Source: an uncultured Deminuibacter sp.
GTDB lineage: Bacteria > Bacteroidota > Bacteroidia > Chitinophagales > Chitinophagaceae
Reading direction: 5' to 3'
DNA: 64,000 nt
Assembly: GCA_966424055.1 (NCBI GenBank)
Contig: CBJLMB010000013.1
Coordinates: 38,562 to 102,561 of the forward strand
Part shown: positions 50,175 through 58,946 of the stretch, one piece after another
How the letters are laid out: each line of letters begins with the position of its first letter
How positions within the stretch are numbered: position 1 is the stretch's first letter
The notes under the pieces: generated by a model
Databases searched by the model: none
What the model saw: the letters and a program-made list of their open reading frames with translations, nothing else
Told to the model about the DNA's origin: nothing
Made by a program: the position numbers and the translations under genes

Positions 50175-50265
50175 GCTAAAGCCTGCAGCTGAATAACTGC
50201 TGTTAAAACAAACATGCCACCGGGATAATGTTTAATATTGCACCGCATCCACAAGCGATCGTACA

Positions 50266-52101
50266 ATGCATTATTCTTCTCTGGAGCAATGTTTACTGGA
50301 TCTCGAAAAGCATGGTCACCTGGTAAGGGTGAAAGAAGAGGTTGACCCATACCTGGAAATGGCAGCTGTTCACCTGCGTGTGCATGAAGCTGGCGGACCA
50401 GCCCTGCTGTTTGAAAATGTAAAAGGCAGCCGTTACAGGGCTGCATCGAATATATTCGGCACGCTGGACAGAAGCCGTTTTATTTTCCGCGATACTTTCA
50501 AAAAGATACAACAGCTCATCGAGTTAAAAGATGACCCGGTAAAAGCACTTAAATCACCTTTCCGGAATTTTGCCACAGCGTTAGCCGCGCTCAAGGCGCT
50601 GCCGCTGCGCAATCCCGTACAAAAACCGGTGCTTGACACCACCATCCGCATCAGTGACCTGCCATTGATACAACACTGGCCTATGGACGGCGGTGCTTTT
50701 GTTACACTGCCGCAGGTGTACTCAGAAGATATCAACCAGCCCGGTGTGATGCATGCCAACCTGGGTATGTACCGCATACAGCTTACCGGCAATGAGTATG
50801 TGCCCGATAAAGAAGTGGGTTTGCATTATCAGTTGCACCGCGGTATTGGCGTGCACCAGTCTGCCGCCAATGCAAAAGGGCAGCCTTTGAAAGTGAGTGT
50901 ATTTGTCGGTGGTCCGCCCTCGCATAGCCTGGCAGCCGTAATGCCACTGCCCGAAGGTATGAGTGAGCTGAGTTTTGCCGGGGCATTGGGTGGAAGGCGT
51001 TTCCGTTATGTGTATAAAGATGGCTACTGTATCAGCACCGATGCCGATTTCGTGATCACCGGCGAGGTATATCCCGGCGAAAACAAACCCGAAGGCCCCT
51101 TTGGTGATCATCTCGGTTATTACAGCCTGGCGCATCCCTTCCCGGTGATGCGGGTGCATGCCGTATATGCACGAAAAAACGCGATCTGGCCTTTTACTGT
51201 TGTAGGCCGGCCCCCGCAGGAAGACACCAGTTTCGGCGAGTTGATCCATGCGCTCACGGGTAATGCGATACCCCAGGAAATACCCGGGTTGAAAGCCGTG
51301 CATGCCGTGGATGCCGCCGGTGTACACCCGCTGCTGCTGGCATTGGGAAGCGAACGCTATACACCTTATCAGCCGGTGCAGCAGCCCGCAGAGATACTCA
51401 CTATTGCCAATCATGTTCTCGGAACCGGGCAACTGAGCCTGGCAAAGTTCTTATTTATCACGGCAGATCCGCAAAACCGTTTGTCGGTACAGGACGTACA
51501 GCCTTTCATGGAATATGTATTGCAGCGGATCGACCTCAGCCGGGATGTTCATTTTTATACCAACACCACCATCGATACGCTGGATTATTCAGGCACAGGC
51601 CTCAATTCGGGCAGTAAGGTGGTGTTCGCCGCTTATGGCGCGGTACGCCGGCAATTATGTACCGAAGTACCCGCCGCATTGCAGTCATTACATGGTTTTG
51701 AAAAGCCTGCATTGGCTATGCCTGGTGTTGTATGCCTGCAAACAACCGCTTTTACGCATTATGCTGCTGCGCAGAAGGAGATGGCTACCCTCTGTGATCA
51801 GCTGGCAGAGCTGTCCGGACTGGATACGGTTCCGTTTATAGTGATCACAGACAACAGCAGCTTTACCGCTGCTGATCTCCGCAACTATGTATGGGTAACG
51901 TTCACACGCTGTAATCCTTCACATGATATTTATGGGGTAGGTGCTTTTACGCAGTTTAAGCATTGGGGATGCAGGGGACCGCTGCTGATTGATGCCAGGG
52001 CGAAACCGCATCATGCCCCGGCCCTGGACAAAGACCCGGCAGTGGAAAAAAGAATCAACCGGTTGTTCGCAAAAGGCGGTAGTTTGGAAGAAGTGGGTTG
52101 A
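50266..52101 (+). CDS. UbiD family decarboxylase (menaquinone-biosynthesis decarboxylase-like)
   Basis: The N-terminus …LLDLEKHGHLVRVKEEVDPYLEMAAVHLRVHEAGGPALLFENVKGSRY… matches UbiD/PAD1-partner decarboxylases. Length about 610 aa. Confidence 0.8.
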   Translation: MHYSSLEQCLLDLEKHGHLVRVKEEVDPYLEMAAVHLRVHEAGGPALLFENVKGSRYRAASNIFGTLDRSRFIFRDTFKKIQQLIELKDDPVKALKSPFRNFATALAALKALPLRNPVQKPVLDTTIRISDLPLIQHWPMDGGAFVTLPQVYSEDINQPGVMHANLGMYRIQLTGNEYVPDKEVGLHYQLHRGIGVHQSAANAKGQPLKVSVFVGGPPSHSLAAVMPLPEGMSELSFAGALGGRRFRYVYKDGYCISTDADFVITGEVYPGENKPEGPFGDHLGYYSLAHPFPVMRVHAVYARKNAIWPFTVVGRPPQEDTSFGELIHALTGNAIPQEIPGLKAVHAVDAAGVHPLLLALGSERYTPYQPVQQPAEILTIANHVLGTGQLSLAKFLFITADPQNRLSVQDVQPFMEYVLQRIDLSRDVHFYTNTTIDTLDYSGTGLNSGSKVVFAAYGAVRRQLCTEVPAALQSLHGFEKPALAMPGVVCLQTTAFTHYAAAQKEMATLCDQLAELSGLDTVPFIVITDNSSFTAADLRNYVWVTFTRCNPSHDIYGVGAFTQFKHWGCRGPLLIDARAKPHHAPALDKDPAVEKRINRLFAKGGSLEEVG

Positions 52102-52728
52102 TGTACGGTGTACGATATGGGATGTATGATGTATGGGGGAGTGTTTGTTTGAAGCCTGCTGCGCTTTTTCGCAGGTTTTTGGGGGAGGTACTTTTAGATA
52201 GCTAAATGCTTATAGCCTGGGCTGTTAAAAATGTAGGGGCAGTTGGAAACAACCGCCCCTTTTTCAACCCTAAACCCTTAAAAAACATCTTAATGTTACA
52301 AAAAACCATGCCAATATCCGGTTTGGTAAAACGATTTTTTCAAAAACAAACGGGTTTATTTCAAAGCAGAAAGCAACGGCAGGATTTTATGTATATTATC
52401 AAAAGGTAAAGTGGTAAGCGGCTTGTTTTGATAAAAACTGGTAAACCGGCAATATTCTGCTGCTTACCGCAAAAACAAATTTCTGCGGTCAATTCTATAA
52501 GTGCTGAAGGGCAGGACTGAGTAGCTGCTTACACAGGTATTGCGTAGTTTTTCAACACTCCTCCACAACAAGGTTATCCTTTTCTGAAGCTCTCCAAATG
52601 AATATCACTGTTCTGCGAAGAAATAAGGCATAGGGCCTGCATTCGGGCGACTAAAATAAAAAGTTTATATGAAACATTCAATTTATTGATTATCAATATT
52701 TAATTTATATTAAATAAAAATCCCGTTC

Positions 52729-52760
52729 AAACTGAACGGGATTTTTTACATGTCGTTTAT
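52729..52760. terminator. Bidirectional rho-independent terminator (AAAAATCCCGTTCAAACTGAACGGGATTTTTT) downstream of ndk
   Basis: Perfect 10-bp stem, 5-nt loop, and A/T runs on both sides. It begins 13 bp past the ndk stop. Confidence 0.7.
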
Positions 52761-52772
52761 TTGCCTGGCTGG

Positions 52773-53189
52773 CTAGAAGCGTTCCAGTGCAGAGAAAAAG
52801 AAATTGCCTTCGATCGCTGCATTTTCATCGCTGTCGCTGCCATGTACTGCATTTTCACCAACAGAAGAAGCGAATTTTTTACGGATGGTTCCTTCTTCAG
52901 CCTGTGCAGGATTGGTAGCGCCGATCAGTTTCCTGAAATCTGCAACTGCATTGTCCTTTTCCAGGATAGCTGCCACAATATTACCGCTGCTCATGAATTC
53001 AACCAGCTCTCCATAAAAAGGCCTTTCTTTATGTACAGCATAGAATTCACCTGCCTGCGCAGTGGTCAGGCGGGTCCATTTCATGGCTTTAATGGTGAAG
53101 CCTGCTTTGATGATCTGATCCAGGATAGCGCCTGTGTGACCTTTGGAAGTCGCATCAGGTTTGATCATTGTAAATGTTCTGTTACCCAT
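52773..53189 (-). CDS. ndk: Nucleoside-diphosphate kinase
   Basis: [31 protein letters not shown]…NAVHGSDS… with an NDK active-site His context. 138 aa. Confidence 0.9.
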   Translation of the reverse strand: MGNRTFTMIKPDATSKGHTGAILDQIIKAGFTIKAMKWTRLTTAQAGEFYAVHKERPFYGELVEFMSSGNIVAAILEKDNAVADFRKLIGATNPAQAEEGTIRKKFASSVGENAVHGSDSDENAAIEGNFFFSALERF

Positions 53190-53328
53190 ATACCTTATTA
53201 GCTTGTTTGAATTAGCGCGGCAAAATTAGCGATTGATGCAGGAATTCCGCCATCCGGGCAAAAAAAAATCATCATCACCCGGTATGGCCGCTTTGAACAG
53301 CAATAACCGGGCAGGATGGGACATCCCA

Positions 53329-53706
53329 ACTCATAGCTAGCAGCTCATGGCTTGCAGCTATTAAAGGCTTCGAGCTACTAGCGTTGAGCTGCGAGAAATG
53401 CATCTCGCGGAACACGCGGAAAACGCAGAAAGGAAGATGCTTTTCAGGATGGCCCGGCAAAATAATTTATTCTATTTAAGGGCCATTTTGTCCTGATAAC
53501 AGCCCGTTCTACCTCATAGCTGGCAGCTCATGGCTTGCAGCTACTAAATGCTTCGAGCGACTAGCGTTGAGCTGCAAGGAATTCATCTTGCGGAACACGC
53601 AAAAAACGCAGAAGGGAAGATGATTTTCGGGATGGCCCGGCAAAACAATTTATTCCATTTAACGGGCTATTCCAACTCATAGCTGGCAGCTCATGGCTTG
53701 CAGCTA
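53329..53706. repeat. Tandem array (about 2.2 copies) of a ~165-183-bp unit; each unit starts with (A/C)CTCATAGCT(A/G)GCAGCTCATGGCTTGCAGCTA
   Basis: Unit starts are at 53329, 53512 and 53675 (the last is partial). Units share GCTTCGAGC(T/G)ACTAGCGTTGAGCTGC, GCGGAACACGC(G/A)(G/A)AAAACGCAGAA(A/G)GGAAGATG and GGATGGCCCGGCAAAA(T/C)AATTTATTC, at about 88% identity between units. The array lies between ndk and the nrnA-like gene. Confidence 0.7.
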
Positions 53707-53777
53707 TAAAAAAACGACTGACCACCCCATTGCTTTGCCTCTATATGAACGCGGTATAAATAAATATATTTGAATGA

Positions 53778-54818
53778 ATGCGGCGAAACCCGGAATTTTG
53801 CCGCCATTCTATGCAATACATCGATCAGTTTTATCCACTGTTGGCAACCCCCGCCAAAGCAGTCGTAACAATGCACCAGAAACCAGATGGTGATGCTATG
53901 GGCTCTGCTTTGGGGCTCTACCATTTCCTTGCAGCATTGGGGCACCAGGTTACTGTAATATCGCCCACCAACTGGGCCGATTTTCTCAATTGGATGCCTG
54001 GCTGCGGCCAGGTACTGAATTTTGATTCAGAGAAGGAAAAAGCTATTGCCTTAACCAATGAAGCAGACTGGATTTTCTGCCTTGATTTTAATGTATTGCA
54101 CCGTACCAGGCATTTTGAACCGGTGCTGGCCGCTGCTCCCGGTATTAAAATTTTAATTGATCATCATCAACAACCTCAGGTTGAGGCATTTGCATATGGT
54201 GTGAGCGATGTTTCCAAAAGCTCCACCTGTGAAATGATATACGATTTTATCGTTGGTGCCGGTTATGCCAGTAAGCTGAACCTTGACATGGCCGCCTGTT
54301 TGTACACAGGCTTGATGACCGATACCGGCAGCTTCCGCTTTCCTTCCACCACCGCAGCTGTACACCGTATTATCGCACACCTAAAAGATCTGGGGCTGCA
54401 GCATACGCCCATCCACGAAAATATCTATGATAATTTCCTGGAGAACCGCCTGCGCTTTATCGGTCATGCTTTATTGAACAGATTGGATGTATTATACGAA
54501 TACAATACGGCCATCATGTCTATTCCCAAAACAGATCTGTTGCGTTTCGATATCAAGACAGGCGATTCCGAAGGACTTGTCAACTACCTGCTCACCATTG
54601 AAGGCATAAGGTTTGGTGCATTGGTGATCGACCGGGATGAAGAACGGAAATGGAGTTTCCGCAGTAAAGGCGATTTTGATGTAAACACATTTGCCAGGAA
54701 TCATTTTGAAGGAGGCGGCCATAAAAATGCAGCGGGCGGCCGTAGCAGCGAAACACTTGAACAAACAACAAAAAAATTCAAACAGGTTTTACAACAATAT
54801 GAAGCTCAACTACAATAA
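53778..54818 (+). CDS. DHH family phosphoesterase (NrnA-like bifunctional oligoribonuclease/pAp phosphatase)
   Basis: DHH motifs (…HQKPDGDAMGSAL…, …ILIDHHQQPQ…) and a DHHA1 C-terminal region with GGGH (…NHFEGGGHKNAAGG…). The true start may be the ATG at 53811. Confidence 0.8.
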   Translation: MRRNPEFCRHSMQYIDQFYPLLATPAKAVVTMHQKPDGDAMGSALGLYHFLAALGHQVTVISPTNWADFLNWMPGCGQVLNFDSEKEKAIALTNEADWIFCLDFNVLHRTRHFEPVLAAAPGIKILIDHHQQPQVEAFAYGVSDVSKSSTCEMIYDFIVGAGYASKLNLDMAACLYTGLMTDTGSFRFPSTTAAVHRIIAHLKDLGLQHTPIHENIYDNFLENRLRFIGHALLNRLDVLYEYNTAIMSIPKTDLLRFDIKTGDSEGLVNYLLTIEGIRFGALVIDRDEERKWSFRSKGDFDVNTFARNHFEGGGHKNAAGGRSSETLEQTTKKFKQVLQQYEAQLQ

Positions 54819-54819
54819 C

Positions 54820-55773
54820 ATGAAGAAATTATTATGCGTACTGGCAGTGGCTGCCGGCATTTCTGCCTGCCAGATGAATTATGAGAAAACAAAATCGGGA
54901 TTTACGTATAAGATCACCAAGGGACAAGGTGGTGAAAAACTGAAACCCGGTGCTTTTCTGAAATTCAATATTTCTTATACCATCCCCGAGAAAAAAGATA
55001 CTACCCTGAATACCACCTTCGGCAAGATACCCCTGTATGCACCTTATGATACCAGTGCCCGCTCACGCTACAGCTTTATGGAGGTGCTCTCTCAATGCGT
55101 AGTAGGTGATAGCATCACTTTTAATTTAAGTGTAGATACCCTGAAAAAACTGGGAGCTATCCAGGCTTATGACAAAACATTCAGCCGCGGCGGACAGATA
55201 CTGGGTAAGGTAAAGATCATTAAACAATTTGCTAATGAGAATGAAGTAATGACCGATTACCAGAACGAAGTGCAGCTGGAAACAAAACGTGAAGTAAGCA
55301 TGCTGGAACAGGCGCTGAATAAAGAAGGTATAAAAGTGCAGAAAACCAAGAATGGTGCTTTTGTAGAGATCACCGAGCCGGGCGATGCCGCACTGAAAGC
55401 CGATTCAGGCAAACAGGCTGCTGTCATGTACAGGGGCTACCTGCAATCGAACAAACAGGTGTTCGATACCAATATGGATACCACTAAGGGGCATACCGAT
55501 CCTTTTGTACTCACAGTAGGTGCCGGACAGGCTATCCGTGGCTGGGATGAGGCACTGCCTTATTTTGGCAAAGGCGGTAAAGGCAAGATCTATATCCCAG
55601 CTATGCTGGGTTATGGTCCGCAGGGCAACCAGGGCATTCCGCCTTTTTCCACGCTGGTATTTGATGTGGAAATCAAAGATGTGAAAACACCCGCTCCCGC
55701 TCCGCCTCCTGCCCCGGTAGCAGCCCCTGCAGCCGGCGCCCCCGCAGGTAAACCCGCCGCCGCAGGAAAATAG
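54820..55773 (+). CDS. FKBP-type peptidyl-prolyl cis-trans isomerase, lipoprotein
   Basis: Lipoprotein signal MKKLLCVLAVAAGISAC. C-terminal FKBP domain (…AVMYRGYLQSNKQVFDTN…GAGQAIRGWDEALPYFGKGGKGKIYIPAMLGYGPQGNQGIPPFSTLVFDVEIKDV) followed by a Pro/Ala-rich tail. Confidence 0.85.
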   Translation: MKKLLCVLAVAAGISACQMNYEKTKSGFTYKITKGQGGEKLKPGAFLKFNISYTIPEKKDTTLNTTFGKIPLYAPYDTSARSRYSFMEVLSQCVVGDSITFNLSVDTLKKLGAIQAYDKTFSRGGQILGKVKIIKQFANENEVMTDYQNEVQLETKREVSMLEQALNKEGIKVQKTKNGAFVEITEPGDAALKADSGKQAAVMYRGYLQSNKQVFDTNMDTTKGHTDPFVLTVGAGQAIRGWDEALPYFGKGGKGKIYIPAMLGYGPQGNQGIPPFSTLVFDVEIKDVKTPAPAPPPAPVAAPAAGAPAGKPAAAGK

Positions 55774-55801
55774 CAATAGTAAAGAATCAATTCATACAAA
55801 C

Positions 55802-55833
55802 AGCCGGTTTCAGCAATGAACCGGCTTTTTTAT
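55802..55833 (+). terminator. Rho-independent terminator after the FKBP gene (AGCCGGTTTCAGCAATGAACCGGCTTTTTTATT)
   Basis: 8-bp stem, loop, then T6. Confidence 0.65.
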
Positions 55834-55841
55834 TCGCTAGT

Positions 55842-56130
55842 GGCAAGTTGCGCTAGCGCGCCGTGAATCGCGAGTTTGCCGGTGGCGCAGGGGGATGCAG
55901 TACAACCCACTGGCCATTCACGGTTGCGGTAGCAACCACTCGCCACTCGCGAATACTGTACTGGGAAATGAAGCAAGCTTATTAAACAGGTGTACATGTA
56001 AACAACCTTACGGGAGCATTCGCGAGTAGCAAGTTGCGCTAGCGCGCCGTGAATCGCGAGTTTGCCGGTGATGTAAAGGGAATGCAGTACTATCCACTAG
56101 CGATTCACGGTTGCAGTAGCAACCACTCGC
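55842..56130. repeat. Two copies of a ~112-bp hairpin-forming repeat (55842-55953 and 56019-56130) separated by a 65-bp spacer; MITE-like. Copy 2 overlaps the 3' end of folP
   Basis: The copies are about 90% identical (TTCGC(T/G)AGT(G/A)GCAAGTTGCGCTAGCGCGCCGTGAATCGCGAGTTTGCCGGTG…CACGGTTGC(G/A)GTAGCAACCACTCGCCACTCGCG). Within each copy the 5' half is the imperfect reverse complement of the 3' half (CCGTGAATCG…CGATTCACGG; CGCGAGTGG…CCACTCGCG). Confidence 0.6.
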
Positions 56131-56965
56131 CACTCGCGGGTCCCTCATACGCAGCTACCAGCTTGATCGCTTCTATAGCCTCTTTAACATCATGTACCCG
56201 GAGTATGGAGGCGCCTTTCAACAGGGCCAGTGTATGTAATACAGTGGTGCCATTCAATGCGCCGGCGCTGTTAACCCCCAAGGTTTTCTGTACTATGGAT
56301 TTGCGGGATACACCTATCAGTATTGGCAAACCGAGTATACTGAATGCCTCCATTTCCCTGAGCAGCTGAAAATTCTGTTCTCCTGTTTTGGCAAAACAAA
56401 AACCGGGATCGATGATCACATCGGCAATACCGGCGGAATGGCAGGCGGCTGTTTGGCGGATAAAAAAGTCCAGCACTTCCTGTGTAACATGTGTGTATTG
56501 CGTTTGCTGCTGCATATTCTCCGGTGTACCACGCATATGCATGCAGATATAGGGTACCTGCAAGGAAGCTACAGTGTCAAGCATGGCTGCATCAAGGCTG
56601 CCACCGCTTACATCATTCACCATACAGGCGCCGGCGGCAACAGCCCCGGCGGCAACAGATGCAAAATAAGTGTCAACAGAAATATAGGCTTCCGGGAAGC
56701 GTTGGTGAATGGCTTCGATCACCGGCAATACACGCGATGCCTCGGTGGCTGCATCCACCTGCTGCTGGCCGGGGCGCGTGCTCTGGCCACCCAGGTCAAG
56801 AAGGGTGGCACCCTCTTGCAGCATCCGCTCTGCCTGTTTCAGGGCATCATCCACGGCGGGTTGGCGGCTGCCGCTGTAGAACGAATCCGGTGTTGTATTG
56901 ATGATACCCATCACCACCGGCTGACGGAGTGTGAGTAATCTTCCTTTGCAATTCAGCGTGAACAT
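56105..56965 (-). CDS. folP: Dihydropteroate synthase
   Basis: …VMGIINTTPDSFYSGS…, …GATLLDLGGQSTRPG…, …ISVDTY…, …MVNDVSGG…, …CMHMRG… are classic DHPS motifs. The start is placed at MFTLNCKG (56965). The C-terminal ~8 codons are encoded by the repeat element. Confidence 0.85.
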   Translation of the reverse strand: MFTLNCKGRLLTLRQPVVMGIINTTPDSFYSGSRQPAVDDALKQAERMLQEGATLLDLGGQSTRPGQQQVDAATEASRVLPVIEAIHQRFPEAYISVDTYFASVAAGAVAAGACMVNDVSGGSLDAAMLDTVASLQVPYICMHMRGTPENMQQQTQYTHVTQEVLDFFIRQTAACHSAGIADVIIDPGFCFAKTGEQNFQLLREMEAFSILGLPILIGVSRKSIVQKTLGVNSAGALNGTTVLHTLALLKGASILRVHDVKEAIEAIKLVAAYEGPASGEWLLLQP

Positions 56966-57049
56966 TGTACCCTTTCCTTTATTTTTGGTTTCCGGATGCA
57001 AACTTAAAACTGTTTATCCGGAACAGGCAGCAGAACAGTAAGGCATTTC

Positions 57050-57619
57050 ATGAACCAACATATGCATTCAACGAATACCAACCAGCAGTACGATGAGGCT
57101 GTAGCCGGCAGCAGGGATATTTTTATCAAGAAAACCGCCGATTATGGTACTTCCTGGCGGGTATTGCGCACTATTTCGGTCGTAGACCAGATTTTCATCA
57201 AAGCATTGCGCATCCGTACCATCCAGGAAAAGAAACAACAGAAGGTGGGAGATGACATCCGCTCTGAATTCATGGGTATACTCAATTATGGTGTAATAGG
57301 CCTGATACAACTGCAGCTGTCACAGCCTGCTGTGGAAGATGTGCCTGTACCCCAGGTGGAACAATGGTACCAGGAGCAAATTGCCCTGGCCAAAAACACC
57401 ATGCTCAACAAAAACCATGACTACGGTGAAGCCTGGCGCGAGATGAGCCAGGAAAGTTTTGCTGACCTCATCCTGGTTAAATTGCTGCGTATCCGGCAGA
57501 TACTGCAGAACGATGGCCGCACACTGATCAGTGAGGGGATAGATGCCAATTATATCGATATCATCAATTATGCCGCATTTGCACTTATCCTGATTGCGGA
57601 AGGAAAACATGAAGGATAG
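57050..57619 (+). CDS. DUF1599 domain-containing protein (duplicated domain)
   Basis: Two similar halves (…KKTADYGTSWRVLRTISVVDQIFIKALRIRTIQE… / …NHDYGEAWREMSQESFADLILVKLLRIRQILQ…). It sits in the commonly seen folP-adjacent position in Bacteroidetes. Confidence 0.6.
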   Translation: MNQHMHSTNTNQQYDEAVAGSRDIFIKKTADYGTSWRVLRTISVVDQIFIKALRIRTIQEKKQQKVGDDIRSEFMGILNYGVIGLIQLQLSQPAVEDVPVPQVEQWYQEQIALAKNTMLNKNHDYGEAWREMSQESFADLILVKLLRIRQILQNDGRTLISEGIDANYIDIINYAAFALILIAEGKHEG

Positions 57620-57701
57620 GCTGTATGCAAAGCCAATACCAGGCAGCTGCAGATGAAGGAAAGCCGCAGAACTATTAGCAACTGAAAAAACAATAGAAGG
57701 A

Positions 57702-58817
57702 ATGAAAACACTGCTGAATATTATTCGCTGGATAGTAGGGCTGCTGTTTATTTTTTCCGGTCTTATTAAAGCCAATGACCCGCTGGGACTTAGCTATAAA
57801 ATGCAGGAATTCTTTGAAGCCTGGGGCTGGCAGGGACTACACCATTATACACTGGCGCTTTCGGTATTGATGAATGTATTTGAAGTGCTTGCCGGTGTGG
57901 CGGTGATACTGGGCTGGCGTATGCGCCTGTTCAGCTGGCTGTTACTGCTGCTGATTGTATTTTTCAGTTTTCTTACCGGCTATGCTCTTTTATCAGGAAA
58001 GATCAAAACCTGCGGTTGTTTTGGCGATTGTTTGCCGCTGACACCATTGCAGTCGTTTCTTAAAGACCTGTTTTTGCTGGTGCTGATACTGGTGTTATTT
58101 GCAAAAAGAAACAGTATCCGCCCTTCACTGAAGCCACCGGTACCAGGTATCCTGCTGCTGGTAGTGGTGATTGCCACGGGCTATATGCAGCAGTATGTGC
58201 TGGGGCACCTGCCTTTTGTAGACTGCCTCCCATATAAAAAAGGCAGCAATATACTGAAGAAAATGGAGCCGCCGCAGGGCGCTGTGATCGACAGTTTTGC
58301 CATCACTTTTAAATACAGGAAAAACGGCAAGATCGTTGAATTTGACGCAGCCGCTATACCCGCCGATCTTGATTCCACTTATGAATATGTAGACCGCTAT
58401 GACAAACTGGTGCGCAAAGGCAATGCGATACCGGAAATAGAAGATTTTGCACTGGTTACCGCCACCGGCTATGATACCACACAGGATGTACTGAAGCAAA
58501 AAGGCAGTTATATCATGGCTTTTATACAGAATTTCGATCATTGGGACCAGGCTGCCGGCGCATTTGGCCGGCTGCTGGATAAAGCGCAGTCCGCCGGTAT
58601 GCCCGTGATCGTGGCAACACCTGCCGCAGCAGATGCAGCCAAAAAAATAATACCTGCACCATCTGTACAGCTGCGTATTGTTACCTGTGATGCCACCGTG
58701 GTAAAAACGGCAGCAAGGGTGGTACCCACTTTTTTCCTGATGAATGGCGCACTGATCGTGGAAAAGAAAAGCTATCGTGATATAGCCTCGTTTATCAGTG
58801 CCCTTCCGGGGAAGTAA
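57702..58817 (+). CDS. DoxX-family membrane protein with C-terminal soluble domain (BT_3928-like)
   Basis: N-terminal DoxX-like 4-TM region (…WIVGLLFIFSGLIKANDPLG…). CxC/CFGDC motif. A C-terminal domain of about 200 aa. Confidence 0.65.
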   Translation: MKTLLNIIRWIVGLLFIFSGLIKANDPLGLSYKMQEFFEAWGWQGLHHYTLALSVLMNVFEVLAGVAVILGWRMRLFSWLLLLLIVFFSFLTGYALLSGKIKTCGCFGDCLPLTPLQSFLKDLFLLVLILVLFAKRNSIRPSLKPPVPGILLLVVVIATGYMQQYVLGHLPFVDCLPYKKGSNILKKMEPPQGAVIDSFAITFKYRKNGKIVEFDAAAIPADLDSTYEYVDRYDKLVRKGNAIPEIEDFALVTATGYDTTQDVLKQKGSYIMAFIQNFDHWDQAAGAFGRLLDKAQSAGMPVIVATPAAADAAKKIIPAPSVQLRIVTCDATVVKTAARVVPTFFLMNGALIVEKKSYRDIASFISALPGK

Positions 58818-58946
58818 GAGGAAGGGGAGTAGTGGTTAGTAATTGGTGATTGATGATTGATGATTGGTTAGGAGGGTGGGGGCAGGCTGTTGACGAACTT
58901 TGACATTCATTTTTATACAATAAATACTTACCGGTAAAGCAATCGC

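Noticed and set aside
53329-53706. CRISPR array
   Set aside because: The repeat units are about 165-183 bp, imperfect, and directly abutting with no unique spacers. There are no cas genes in the window.
56049-56369. 106-aa plus-strand ORF
   Set aside because: It starts inside the hairpin repeat element and runs antisense through the folP 3' region.
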